Source: a candidate division TM6 bacterium GW2011_GWF2_28_16
GTDB lineage: Bacteria > Patescibacteriota > Microgenomatia > UBA1400 > PJMF01
NCBI GenBank assembly: GCA_001029715.1
Contig: CP011212.1
Span: forward strand, 259,407-323,406
DNA: 64,000 nucleotides
Reading direction: 5' to 3'
Under the pieces are notes generated by a model. The model saw only the letters and a program-made list of their open reading frames with translations. It made no database searches and was not told where the DNA came from. Of this stretch, positions 28,254-38,260 are shown one piece after another. The translations under genes and the position numbers were made by a program. How positions within the stretch are numbered: the first letter of the stretch is position 1; every line of letters starts with the position of its first letter.

Positions 28254-28916
28254 GTGATGTTAGAAAAGATCAAAGCTGCCCTCTTTGGCAATCAAGTCGA
28301 AGAAAAACTAGGTCCTGAACCTGAGTCAACTGCACAAACGCAAGCTCAGGCTGATCAGGAATCTAGTGTTCGCATGCCTGGTCAATTTAAAATGGAAAAG
28401 TCTAGGGTAGCTCCAGGTCTTTATAGGCCAATTCCAGAAGAAACTTTAGTTGAATGGAATGCTCCAGCTAGACCATTTAAAAAACGTAAACGTCAATTTT
28501 TCAGTACAATCATTATTATTGCTATTTTGGTTTCCTTAATTCTATTTTTTGCTGGTCAAGTTTTGCCAGTGGCGGTGGTAATTTCAATTGTATTTTTAGT
28601 TTATGTGACAGCAGTGATTCCTCCTCAAGAAGTGCATTATAAATTGACCAATTATGGCATTTATGTCGAAAAAGAAGCTTTTTCCTGGCTAGTGATGGGA
28701 CGATTTTGGTTCGATGATAAAGCTGGACAGCGGGTTTTAGAAATTGAGCTTTATAAATTTCCAGGTCGTTTAACTTTTGTTTTAGTTGAAGGTCAGTCTC
28801 CCAGAGAAAAAGATCTAGAAGCTGTCCTATCTGAAGTTTTAATAGAAGAAAAACCAGAACTTACTACCTATGAGAAAGCTGCTGATTGGCTCAAAGAAAA
28901 AGTCCCTCTAGAGTAA
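28254..28916 (+). CDS. hypothetical membrane protein (two TM followed by possible bacterial PH-like domain)
   Basis: Two adjacent hydrophobic helices after a charged N-terminus. Confidence 0.45.
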   Translation: MMLEKIKAALFGNQVEEKLGPEPESTAQTQAQADQESSVRMPGQFKMEKSRVAPGLYRPIPEETLVEWNAPARPFKKRKRQFFSTIIIIAILVSLILFFAGQVLPVAVVISIVFLVYVTAVIPPQEVHYKLTNYGIYVEKEAFSWLVMGRFWFDDKAGQRVLEIELYKFPGRLTFVLVEGQSPREKDLEAVLSEVLIEEKPELTTYEKAADWLKEKVPLE

Positions 28917-28944
28917 TGGCCTTATTTTTTGTTATGATGAGTTT

Positions 28945-29484
28945 ATGAATAAAACTGCTCTCCTGCAAACCATTTCAACAATAGTTGGCAGCAAATTACA
29001 GTTGGCTGTTTTATTTTCTTTTTTGATTTTCTTTATTCCTGCTTTTGTGCATCAGCAATTTCTAACTGGTCCAATTATTAATGCTCTACTAATCTTGTCG
29101 TTTATATATTTAGGTAAAAGTAAGGCTCTTTTCTTGGCTTTAATTCCTAGTACAGTCGCCCTTTCTAGAGGATTATTGCCCTTAGCTTTAGCTCCGATGG
29201 TGCCTTTTATTATGATTAGCAATTGTCTTTACATTATTATTTTTGCCAAACTTCAAGCTAAATCTCAGACTAAAAATTTCTTAGCTATTCTTCTCGCTGC
29301 TTTAGCTAAGACAACTTTCTTATTTGTAATTTCTAAGTTGCTGATGGAAAAAATCTTAGTAGCTACTTTAGCTTCCAAGATCGCTATGATGATGTCTTGG
29401 CCACAATTATGGACGGCAGTAGTAGGTGGAATTATGGCTTTATTAATTAGTCAAGCGCTACAGAAAAAATATGTATCAAGATGA
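28945..29484 (+). CDS. hypothetical integral membrane protein
   Basis: 5-6 TM; immediately upstream of and overlapping the NuoF-like gene. Confidence 0.5.
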   Translation: MNKTALLQTISTIVGSKLQLAVLFSFLIFFIPAFVHQQFLTGPIINALLILSFIYLGKSKALFLALIPSTVALSRGLLPLALAPMVPFIMISNCLYIIIFAKLQAKSQTKNFLAILLAALAKTTFLFVISKLLMEKILVATLASKIAMMMSWPQLWTAVVGGIMALLISQALQKKYVSR

Positions 29485-30484
29485 ATTATTAGCTAAAATT
29501 GAAGAGGCGGGCTTAGTTGGGCGAGGTGGCGCTGCCTTCCCTGTTCATCTAAAGTGGCAGCGCATCAAATCCCTAAAAAATCCCAAGAAATATGTGGTTT
29601 GCAATGCCAGTGAAGGAGAAATTGGAGTTGAAAAAGACCTTTATATTTTAAAAAATTATCCAGAAGAAGTGATTAGAGGCTTGCTTTTAGCGATGGATTT
29701 TTTAGGAACCAAAGAAGCTTACATCAATTTTAATAAAGATTATTATCAGGCGACTAAAAATAAAATAGATCCTTTGCTAGATCTTTGTAGAAAAAAAGGC
29801 TATTTAGTTAGTATTTTTCAGGAAGAACCAAGCTATATTGGTGGCGAAACAGGAGCACTTTTAAACGCTATTGAAGGTAAAAAAACTCAGCCTCGTCCTG
29901 AGTCACCCAGCCCGTCTCTTAAAGGTATTTTTGGTTATCCAGTTTTATTGCATAATGTTGAAACTCTCTATGATATTGCCAGAGTATCAATGGGTACTTT
30001 TAAAGCAACTCGTTTTTCAACTATTCTAGGAGTCAGAAATGAAGGTGTTTATCAGTTTGGAATCAAGCAAAAAGTGGCAGATATTTTACGAGAAACCAAT
30101 AACTATCCAGAATTTCCTTTTTTTGTTCAAGTTGGCGGAGGAGCTAGTGGTGAAATTTTGACATCTGATCAAGCAGAACAGGCTGTTGTTGGCGGTTGCG
30201 GTTCAATTGAAATTTATAAAACTAGCACCAGCTCTAAACAATTTTTAGATAAGATTTTTAATTTTTATGCCAAAGAGAGCTGTGGTAAATGCACGCCTTG
30301 TAGAGATGGTTCTTGGCAATTACAACAAATGTTAGCGGAAATAGAGGAAGGCAGTGAAATTACGTGGCAAAAAATTGCTCCAATTATTAAAGTAATGGAA
30401 AAATCTTCATATTGTGGTTTGGGCAAGTCAATCGCTTTGCCAGTCAAAAGTTATGCCAAAAATATTTTAGGAATAGAAATTTAA
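29471..30484 (+). CDS. NuoF-like (51 kDa / HndC-like) NADH-binding subunit, truncated form
   Basis: GRGGAAFPVHLKW; FMN/NADH region YIGGETGALLNAIEG; C-terminal ESCGKCTPCRDGS 4Fe-4S motif. 337 aa. Confidence 0.75.
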   Translation: MYQDELLAKIEEAGLVGRGGAAFPVHLKWQRIKSLKNPKKYVVCNASEGEIGVEKDLYILKNYPEEVIRGLLLAMDFLGTKEAYINFNKDYYQATKNKIDPLLDLCRKKGYLVSIFQEEPSYIGGETGALLNAIEGKKTQPRPESPSPSLKGIFGYPVLLHNVETLYDIARVSMGTFKATRFSTILGVRNEGVYQFGIKQKVADILRETNNYPEFPFFVQVGGGASGEILTSDQAEQAVVGGCGSIEIYKTSTSSKQFLDKIFNFYAKESCGKCTPCRDGSWQLQQMLAEIEEGSEITWQKIAPIIKVMEKSSYCGLGKSIALPVKSYAKNILGIEI

Positions 30485-30485
30485 A

Positions 30486-32216
30486 ATGCCAAATACAATT
30501 ACCGTTTATATTGATGGACAAGCCTATCAAGCAGAAGAAGGTCAAAGTATTTTGCAAGTGGCGATGTCCAATCAATTAGATATTCCCCATTTGTGTTATC
30601 ACGAGGATCTGCCGATCGAGGCCAACTGCCGACTGTGCTTGGTAGAGAGCGAAGGTAAAATTACTACCTCTTGCACGCTAAAAGCAAGTGAAGGCATGAA
30701 AGTTAGCACTAAAAATGAAGAATTAGTTGAAATGCGCCAAGAAAATCTACGCTTACTTTTGGCTTCTCATGTTAAAAATTGTCCAAAATGTCAGAAAAAA
30801 CAACCCTGTCCAGCTTTTGGTTTAATGCAAAAATATGGTGTCACCAGTGAAGAATATCAGCGTAAGATGCTTGATTTAGCCGTCCATAAAATGGGTAGCG
30901 CAGCTGAATTTGATCCCAATCTTTGTGTTAAATGTGGTCGTTGTGTCAACATTTGTGCTGAGATTGGTATCAATTTTTTAAAGATTGAGGGAAAAGGAGC
31001 AGATGCTCATCTGACTTACAATCAAAATCCTAAAGTTGATTGTATTTACTGTGGTCAATGCACCGTTCATTGCCCAGTTAATGCTATTCGTGAGCAAAGT
31101 CACTTAGAGCAAGTAGAAGCTGCTCTATTAGACAAAGACAAAATTTTAATTGCTCAAATGGCACCCTCAGTAAGGACGAGCATCGGTGAGGAGTTTGGTC
31201 AAGAAGTAGGCTTAAATATGGAAAAAAAGATGTTTACAGCTCTGCGTCAGCTCGGTTTTGAGAAAATATTTGATGTTAATACTGGAGCTGATATCACCAC
31301 TATGATTGAGGCTAAAGATTTAAGCAATCGCTTGAAGAAAAGAGATGCTGGTGAAGCGACTGCTTTACCAATGTTTACCTCTTGTTGTCCTGGTTGGGTC
31401 AAATTTTTAGAATTTTACTATCCAGATTTTATTGATCATCTAACCACTGCTCGTTCACCACAGATTCATTCTGGAGCTGCCTACAAAACTTGGTGGGCTG
31501 ACAAGGCAGGGGTTGATCCGAGTAAAATTGTGGTGGTTTCAATCATGCCTTGTACTTCAAAAAAATATGAAGCAGAAATGGAGAAGTTTAACTTTGAACA
31601 TAAAGGTCATAAATTAAAACCAGTTGATTTTGTGCTTACCACCAGAGAAATGGCCACTTTACTTAAGAAGAATCAAATTGATTTACCAAGCCTGGAGGAA
31701 AGCGAAGCCGATACTGAAGGAGAATATAGTGGCGCTGCCGCGATCTATGGAGCCTCTGGAGGAGTAATGGAATCAGCACTGCGCACTGCTACCCACATAC
31801 TCACTGGAGAAGAAATGCCTAATTTAGAACTAGAAGAAGTCAGAGGCATGAAGGGTATCAAACGTGCCACTATAAAAATTGGTGACAAAGAAATAAAAGT
31901 AGCAGTGGTTGCTACAGCGCGAAATGCGCGCAACGTTCTCGAAGAAATTAAAAGGAACAAAGAAGCTTATGATTATGTTGAATTTATGGCCTGTCCAGGT
32001 GGTTGTATTGGCGGCGGCGGCCAGCCGCTAACTAGTACCAATGCCATTATCAAGAAGCGTATTGCTGGCTTATATTCTATTGATGCCAAAAAAAACCGCC
32101 GCCGTGCTCATGAAAATAAAGTTGTGCGGGAGTTTTTCTCTTACTTGACTGACAAGCCTTTATTAGCTGAAAAAATACTGTATACTAGCTATTCGGCAAA
32201 AAACAAATTTGAGTAA
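30486..32216 (+). CDS. hydA: [FeFe]-hydrogenase catalytic subunit
   Basis: N-terminal 2Fe-2S ferredoxin fold. Two 4Fe-4S motifs (CVKCGRCVNIC; CIYCGQCTVHCP). H-cluster motifs L1 TSCCPGW, L2 MPCTSKKYE, L3 EFMACPGGCIGGGGQP. Confidence 0.9.
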   Translation: MPNTITVYIDGQAYQAEEGQSILQVAMSNQLDIPHLCYHEDLPIEANCRLCLVESEGKITTSCTLKASEGMKVSTKNEELVEMRQENLRLLLASHVKNCPKCQKKQPCPAFGLMQKYGVTSEEYQRKMLDLAVHKMGSAAEFDPNLCVKCGRCVNICAEIGINFLKIEGKGADAHLTYNQNPKVDCIYCGQCTVHCPVNAIREQSHLEQVEAALLDKDKILIAQMAPSVRTSIGEEFGQEVGLNMEKKMFTALRQLGFEKIFDVNTGADITTMIEAKDLSNRLKKRDAGEATALPMFTSCCPGWVKFLEFYYPDFIDHLTTARSPQIHSGAAYKTWWADKAGVDPSKIVVVSIMPCTSKKYEAEMEKFNFEHKGHKLKPVDFVLTTREMATLLKKNQIDLPSLEESEADTEGEYSGAAAIYGASGGVMESALRTATHILTGEEMPNLELEEVRGMKGIKRATIKIGDKEIKVAVVATARNARNVLEEIKRNKEAYDYVEFMACPGGCIGGGGQPLTSTNAIIKKRIAGLYSIDAKKNRRRAHENKVVREFFSYLTDKPLLAEKILYTSYSAKNKFE

Positions 32217-32240
32217 ATTTCCGAATAAAAAAAGAAAAAT

Positions 32241-33275
32241 ATGAAACAATTTTTGAGTAAAATCATGACATTTTTAAAGAGACGTTGGAAGCTTTTGGCG
32301 ATTATTTTAGTGATTATCTTAGCTGGTTCTTGGTATGTACAGGGTAGTGCTAAGAATGCTACTCAATTAATTTTTGTTTCCCCAGTTAGAGAAGATATTG
32401 TCTCCAGCATTACCATTTCTGGTCGGGTGGACGCTAAAGAAAAAGCTCGTCTGCGTTTTGCTGCTGGTGGAAAAATAGTTTATTTAGGTGCTAAAGAAGG
32501 TGATGCTGTCAAAAAATGGCAAAGCATTGCCACTATTGATCGTGCTACACTCCAGAAACAACTTGACCAAAATCTGAATCTTTACATGAAGGAAAGATAC
32601 GATTTTGAAGACGTTCAAGATGATATCAAAGATCGTTCTTTAGATACAGCAGAAACTAGAGCAGTGGCTAAAGATCAATATGATTTAAACAATCAGGTTC
32701 TAAACGTAGAAATTCAAAGCATTGCTATTGCTAATACCACCATCTATTCGCCTTTCGATGGCATTGTAACTTCTGCTCCAACTGCAGTTTCGGGAGTGCA
32801 ACTTATGGCAACTGATTATTTTGAAATAGTTAATCCAAAAACCTTAGTTTTCCGTGCTTCAATTGATGAAGTAGACATGCATCGCATTGAAAAGGGACAA
32901 AGCGCTCAGATTATTTTAGATGCTTATGATGAGGAAGAAATTGAGACTCAGATTTCTTATATTTCATACACAAGCTTTGAGTCTTCTACCGGCACAGTTT
33001 TTTTAATTGAATTTCCCATTGATAGTCAAAATATTGAAAAGTATCGCATTGGGATGAATGGTGACGCTCATATTAAAATTGCCGAGAAAAAAGATGTCTT
33101 AACTGTTCCTCTTGATTCGATCAGTGAACATGATGATAAAGTTTTTGTTTTTGTCAAAGCTGATAATAAGGAAGGCAAAGAAGAAAGAGAAGTCAAAGTT
33201 GGCTTAGAGAGTGAAGATAGAATTGAGATATTTGAAGGTTTAAGTGAGAACGATCAGGTAGTTTTGCCTGAGTAA
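32241..33275 (+). CDS. HlyD/MacA-like periplasmic adaptor (membrane fusion) protein
   Basis: N-terminal TM anchor, coiled-coil, beta-barrel hairpin region. Precedes the ABC pair. Confidence 0.7.
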   Translation: MKQFLSKIMTFLKRRWKLLAIILVIILAGSWYVQGSAKNATQLIFVSPVREDIVSSITISGRVDAKEKARLRFAAGGKIVYLGAKEGDAVKKWQSIATIDRATLQKQLDQNLNLYMKERYDFEDVQDDIKDRSLDTAETRAVAKDQYDLNNQVLNVEIQSIAIANTTIYSPFDGIVTSAPTAVSGVQLMATDYFEIVNPKTLVFRASIDEVDMHRIEKGQSAQIILDAYDEEEIETQISYISYTSFESSTGTVFLIEFPIDSQNIEKYRIGMNGDAHIKIAEKKDVLTVPLDSISEHDDKVFVFVKADNKEGKEEREVKVGLESEDRIEIFEGLSENDQVVLPE

Positions 33276-33293
33276 ATTCATTGAAAATGATCT

Positions 33294-33974
33294 ATGTTGT
33301 TAAATTTGAAGCATGTTTCCAAGAACTATAAGATCGGTGACACCATCATTCATGCTTTGGATGATATTTCCTTGCAAGTTAAGGAGAAAGAGTTCTTAGC
33401 TATTATGGGACCATCTGGTTCTGGAAAATCAACTTTCCTGCAGGTAGCTAGTATGTTAGCGGAACCTAGTTCTGGAGACATTTTCTTGAATGATACTGAG
33501 GTTTCTTCATACAATGAAATTCAGCGAGCTCATCTGCGTAATAAAGAAATCGGTTTTATTTTTCAATCTTTTAATCTATTAGCCAGAACTTCAGCTTTGG
33601 AGAATGTCATGTTGCCTTTGTTTTATGCTGGTTATGATGTTAATTCAGCTAGATCTAAAAAGAAGGCCATTGATATGTTAGAAAGAGTTGGTTTGGGCGA
33701 TCGTTTAAATAATACTCCAGCTCAACTCTCAGGCGGGCAGCAACAAAGGGTGGCTATTGCCAGAGCTTTAATTAATGATCCTTCGATTATTTTTGCTGAT
33801 GAACCAACTGGCAATCTTGACTCCAAAAGTGGCGAAGATATTAAGAAAATTCTTAAAGATTTAAGTAAAGAAGGTAAGACCATTATCATGGTTACTCACG
33901 AAGAAGATGTGGCAGCAATCGCCAAAAGACAGGTTGTATTTAAAGATGGTAAAGTTTTAAGTGATAAAAAATAA
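33294..33974 (+). CDS. ABC transporter ATP-binding protein (MacB/LolD-type)
   Basis: Walker [37 protein letters not shown]. Confidence 0.9.
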   Translation: MLLNLKHVSKNYKIGDTIIHALDDISLQVKEKEFLAIMGPSGSGKSTFLQVASMLAEPSSGDIFLNDTEVSSYNEIQRAHLRNKEIGFIFQSFNLLARTSALENVMLPLFYAGYDVNSARSKKKAIDMLERVGLGDRLNNTPAQLSGGQQQRVAIARALINDPSIIFADEPTGNLDSKSGEDIKKILKDLSKEGKTIIMVTHEEDVAAIAKRQVVFKDGKVLSDKK

Positions 33975-35188
33975 TGAAAATTAGTAAAATTTTTCCACTA
34001 GCTTTAAAATCAATTTTACTTAATAAGAGTAGATCTTTTTTAACGATGTTGGGAGTAATTATAGGCGTGGGTTCAGTGGTCTTATTGACGAGTATTGGTA
34101 CTGGCTTACAAGCTTATATTACCGATCAATTTGCCAGTTTAGGAACGAACATTCTTTATGTAGTGCCAGGTAATCCTTTTGGCGAAAATGGTGGTTTTGG
34201 CGGTGAACAATCTATGCTTGAAAGCACTAAACCTGTTCTAAAAAGAAGATTTTATGATCAAGTGATTCGAAACAATCGCGATTTAATTAAAGATGGTGTA
34301 GTCACGGCAGTTAATATTGCTGAGGCTAAATATGCTAAAACTACGAAAAAAGCCACACTTTACGGTGTCACGAGTTCTTACGAATCTGTTTATAATTCTC
34401 CGGCTGTTAAAGGAAGATGGTTTACTAAGGTTGAAGAGGAAAAATCTGAGCGAATTGTTTTACTTGGACCAAAAATAGCAGAGGATTTGTTTGGCAAAGT
34501 AGATCCAATTAACAAAAATATTCTTCTCAATGGTCAAAACTACACAGTAATTGGCTTACTTGAGGAAAAAGGAGGAGGTTTTGGTGGTCCAAGTTTTGAT
34601 AGCTATATTTATGTGCCAACTGAAACTCTTTTTAAATATTTCGATACAGAACTAATTGACTCCTTTATTTTTGAAGTCAGAGACAAAGATCAAATCAAGG
34701 AAGCAACTAGAGCAATTGAAAAGACTATCGGTAAAGAATTAGATGATGATGAGTTTTCAGTTTTTGATCAAACTCAGTTATTAACAACGATTAATAGTAT
34801 TTTAGGAATGTTAACTATTGGTTTGGGTGGAATTGCGGCAATTTCTTTGGTAGTTGGTGGCATTGGCATTATGAATATTATGTTAGTTTCAGTGACTGAA
34901 CGTACTCGTGAGATTGGTTTGCGCAAGGCTTTAGGAGCTACTCCAAATTTAATTTTAGCTCAGTTTTTGATTGAGGCAGCTTTGCTTTCCGTAATTGGTG
35001 GGCTAATTGGTTTGCTCATCGCTTATTTGGGCTCTTTGGCGATTCAACCATATTTTCCAGCCAAGGTAACTGTCGGTGCAGTAATTTTGGCTTTTGGAGT
35101 TTCTACAGCTGTCGGTTTAGTTTTTGGTGTTGCTCCAGCTAAGAGAGCTGCTAAATTGTCTCCGATTGAAGCTTTGCGTTACGAGTAG
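33974..35188 (+). CDS. ABC transporter permease, FtsX/MacB family
   Basis: N-terminal TM, large extracytoplasmic domain, C-terminal 3-TM FtsX-type bundle. Confidence 0.85.
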   Translation: MKISKIFPLALKSILLNKSRSFLTMLGVIIGVGSVVLLTSIGTGLQAYITDQFASLGTNILYVVPGNPFGENGGFGGEQSMLESTKPVLKRRFYDQVIRNNRDLIKDGVVTAVNIAEAKYAKTTKKATLYGVTSSYESVYNSPAVKGRWFTKVEEEKSERIVLLGPKIAEDLFGKVDPINKNILLNGQNYTVIGLLEEKGGGFGGPSFDSYIYVPTETLFKYFDTELIDSFIFEVRDKDQIKEATRAIEKTIGKELDDDEFSVFDQTQLLTTINSILGMLTIGLGGIAAISLVVGGIGIMNIMLVSVTERTREIGLRKALGATPNLILAQFLIEAALLSVIGGLIGLLIAYLGSLAIQPYFPAKVTVGAVILAFGVSTAVGLVFGVAPAKRAAKLSPIEALRYE

Positions 35189-35287
35189 TTTCTTTTGAGT
35201 AACCACTTGTAGTTATTATTTTAAAGTTTAGACCTTCAAATAGTGCTTTTTTATCTTATTTTGGTATAATTCCCATTTAGAGAGAAA

Positions 35288-36559
35288 TTGTTTGTGACCG
35301 AAAAAAGACCCAATTATTCTGATAAGAATCAAGAATCCAGTCAAAAAGCTGCAGATGCTTATGATGAGTTGATGAAAAAGGAAAGAACACACTACTATTC
35401 GGATAGAGATCTTAAACCTAGCCCAAAAGAGTTGACGGATGCCTTCAATAAACTAATCAGAGACGGTTTAGTTCCTGTAAATAAAAAGGCAGAAGAAAAA
35501 GATTCAACAATTGTTAAGTCCATACCAAGCATTAGCATAGATCTAAAAAAAAGGCTTTCGAATAGTAATGATCTCAATGCCTTATCCAAAAGAAACAAAT
35601 TACCAAATATTTTTGAGGATGCCACAGATAAAGAAAATGGAGCTCAAACTTTAGCAAAACTTGATTTACCAATATATAAAAGAATAAAAACTACTATTGG
35701 AGAATTTTTACAAAATCCTGAAAAATATTTTGGTAGCTTGAAATCAAATTTATATTTTCCTTCGGCAATGGATGCAAAAACTGGAGTAAGATATTTTGAG
35801 CTTGGTTTAGATGAGGATACTACTGTTAATTTTATAAAGGATTTAGTAGACAAAAAGGCAATTTCTCCAGATTATTCCTTCACTTTATCAGAGTATCAAA
35901 AAAATGAAATTAGTGGCAATATCATTATTAATCCCGTTATTCTTAATGAAAGCAATAGAATGGCTGAACATAGCGGTGAAATTTATATCGAGATTGTTGA
36001 TGGCGAACACGCTGGTTTAGCTTATGGAGAGAAGTCCGCTATTCTTATAGCTAGAACTAATTTGGAAAGCAATCATCCCGATATCATGAATTTTGATGTC
36101 ACATTAAAGAAGGAGGAATTTAGTAGACCTTTGATAAGAAAAATTAATAATAGACGTTTTTGGCAAAGGACGCATGGCAGAGAAGCTTATTTTGGCTTCT
36201 TGCTTTTAAAAGAAATCATTGAGAAAGGCGAAATTTATTGGCCTCTCATAGACAAAAAAAATAGAGAAAAGGATCAGAATGCAATTTTGCGTTATCAAAA
36301 ATTGATTGAGCAAGTGACGGAAATTTTGCATTTGATTCCTAAAGATCAAGACAATAAAAGCAATTTTTCAGTCAATGGTGAAGCTTTCCATCCTGGTTAT
36401 TATGAATTTATTGTTGGTCCATTCGGTACAATTTTTATAGATCATAGAGACGCTGGTAACTATTCAAATTTGCACTATCATTATTTAGAGGAAATGCAAG
36501 AGATTCATCCGCTTAAACTTGCCGCCGAAAAGACAGAAACTCCACTTTCCAAGGACTAG
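35288..36559 (+). CDS. hypothetical protein
   Basis: 423 aa soluble. The ORF begins with TTG/GTG; an extended -10 (TGGTATAAT) lies about 25 nt upstream. Confidence 0.5.
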   Translation: MFVTEKRPNYSDKNQESSQKAADAYDELMKKERTHYYSDRDLKPSPKELTDAFNKLIRDGLVPVNKKAEEKDSTIVKSIPSISIDLKKRLSNSNDLNALSKRNKLPNIFEDATDKENGAQTLAKLDLPIYKRIKTTIGEFLQNPEKYFGSLKSNLYFPSAMDAKTGVRYFELGLDEDTTVNFIKDLVDKKAISPDYSFTLSEYQKNEISGNIIINPVILNESNRMAEHSGEIYIEIVDGEHAGLAYGEKSAILIARTNLESNHPDIMNFDVTLKKEEFSRPLIRKINNRRFWQRTHGREAYFGFLLLKEIIEKGEIYWPLIDKKNREKDQNAILRYQKLIEQVTEILHLIPKDQDNKSNFSVNGEAFHPGYYEFIVGPFGTIFIDHRDAGNYSNLHYHYLEEMQEIHPLKLAAEKTETPLSKD

Positions 36560-36692
36560 ACGGGTAAATCGCGCTTTGCTTGACTTAAGACTTTCCGTCG
36601 AGAGACTCGCCCTTCGGGCACTAGGAGGGTGCTTTGCACTCTCCGTCGGGACTCGGTTAGCTTCTTATCCATACCATCTCAACTTATAAAAA

Positions 36693-36719
36693 AAGACGCA
36701 TCCGCGCGTCTCTTTTTAT
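36693..36719. terminator. bidirectional rho-independent terminator
   Basis: AAAAAAGACGC-ATCCGC-GCGTCTCTTTTTATAA: a 6-bp GC stem flanked by an A-run and a T-run. Lies between convergent features. Confidence 0.55.
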
Positions 36720-36722
36720 AAG

Positions 36723-36796
36723 TCGGAGAGACAGGACTCGAACCTGCGACCTTACGCACCCCATGCGTACGTTCTAGCCATCTGAACTACTCTCCG
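36723..36796 (-). tRNA. tRNA-Pro (anticodon GGG), CCA not encoded
   Basis: The reverse complement CGGAGAG...CTCTCCGA folds as a cloverleaf with C1-G72 and A73 (bacterial Pro identity). Anticodon loop ATGGGGT, T loop TTCGAGT. Confidence 0.85.
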
Positions 36797-37002
36797 TTTG
36801 TTTCTTTTTTGATTTTACTCTAAATTTAATCAAATTCCACAATAGTCACGCTTCTTGCAATCTAACTAGTGCATAATCATTCATAGTTATTAGTAAATGT
36901 GCAAAAAAGCGAAGAAAAGGCAAAAACTGCTAGTTAAAAAATTAGCAAAAATAGCATATAAATAATACACAAATAAAAAATAAACTAAGAAAGAGAGGGA
37001 AT

Positions 37003-38037
37003 ATGGCGAAGAAAAAAACAGATGAAGTTTTAGAGAAAATGCCTGATTCAGGTAAGAGACAGGCTGTCGAGATTGCTATGCAGCAAATTGAGAAACAATT
37101 TGGTAAGGGTTCAATTATGAAGCTGGGTGAATCACTTAAAGATTTGCCAAAGATGCCAGTGATTTCCACTGGTTCTCTATCGCTCAATATGGCTCTTGGA
37201 GTGGGAGGTTTTCCAAAAGGTAGAATTATTGAGATCTATGGTCCAGAAGCTTCTGGTAAAACCACTCTTTGTTTGCATGCGATTGCTGAAGTTCAAAAGT
37301 ATGGTGGCGTGGCTGCTTTTATTGATGTTGAGCACGCTCTCGATCCTGTTAGAGCAGAAAAGATTGGTGTTAATTTAGAAGAAGTTTTAATTTCTCAGCC
37401 AGACTATGGCGAACAAGCTTTAGAAATTGCTGAAACTTTAGTCAGATCTGGAGGAGTTGATTTGGTCATTGTTGATTCAGTAGCTGCTTTGGTACCAAAG
37501 TCAGAAATAGAGGGCGATATGGGTGACCATCAAATGGGTACTCAGGCACGTTTAATGTCTCAAGCAATGCGTAAACTAACCGCAGCTTTGAATAAAACCA
37601 AAACTACCATTATTTTTACCAATCAGATTCGTATGAAGATTGGCGTGATGTTTGGTAGTCCAGAGACAACTACGGGAGGAAATGCTTTGAAATTCTATGC
37701 TTCTTTGCGTTTAGATATTCGTAAAATTGCTAATATTCAAGAAGGAGATAAAGTTGTTGGTAGTCGCCATCGCGTCAAAGTTAAGAAAAATAAAGTTGCT
37801 CCGCCTTTCAGACAAGCTGAATTTGATATGAATGACTATGGTATTTCCAGAGAAGGAGATGTGGTAGATATTGGTGCTGAGATGGGTATTATTGAGAAGT
37901 CTGGCAGTTTCTTTAAATATAATAATGAGGTGATTGCCCAAGGAAGAGAAGCAGCTAAAGACAAATTTAAAGAAGATAAAAAGTTAATGAAAGAAATAGA
38001 ACAAGCCATTTGGAAAAAATCCAAGAGGAATAAATGA
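37003..38037 (+). CDS. recA: recombinase A
   Basis: GSIMKLGE; Walker [10 protein letters not shown]; full RecA core. Confidence 0.95.
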   Translation: MAKKKTDEVLEKMPDSGKRQAVEIAMQQIEKQFGKGSIMKLGESLKDLPKMPVISTGSLSLNMALGVGGFPKGRIIEIYGPEASGKTTLCLHAIAEVQKYGGVAAFIDVEHALDPVRAEKIGVNLEEVLISQPDYGEQALEIAETLVRSGGVDLVIVDSVAALVPKSEIEGDMGDHQMGTQARLMSQAMRKLTAALNKTKTTIIFTNQIRMKIGVMFGSPETTTGGNALKFYASLRLDIRKIANIQEGDKVVGSRHRVKVKKNKVAPPFRQAEFDMNDYGISREGDVVDIGAEMGIIEKSGSFFKYNNEVIAQGREAAKDKFKEDKKLMKEIEQAIWKKSKRNK

Positions 38038-38260
38038 CCAGCTTCTTTGACTTTTAGGTCATTTTTCATTATAATGGCACAAGTATTTGTTAAAATTTAT
38101 TATTTAGTAAAAAGAAGCTAATTGCTTTAGAATTTAGTCGAGTATATTTATTTTGGAATCTTAAATTTAGTTATCAGTATGAGAATCATTTTTCTTACAC
38201 CAATAAATTAATACCTCAAGCCTTCTCATTTAGAGAAGCTATTTCTAAACGCAAGTAAGT

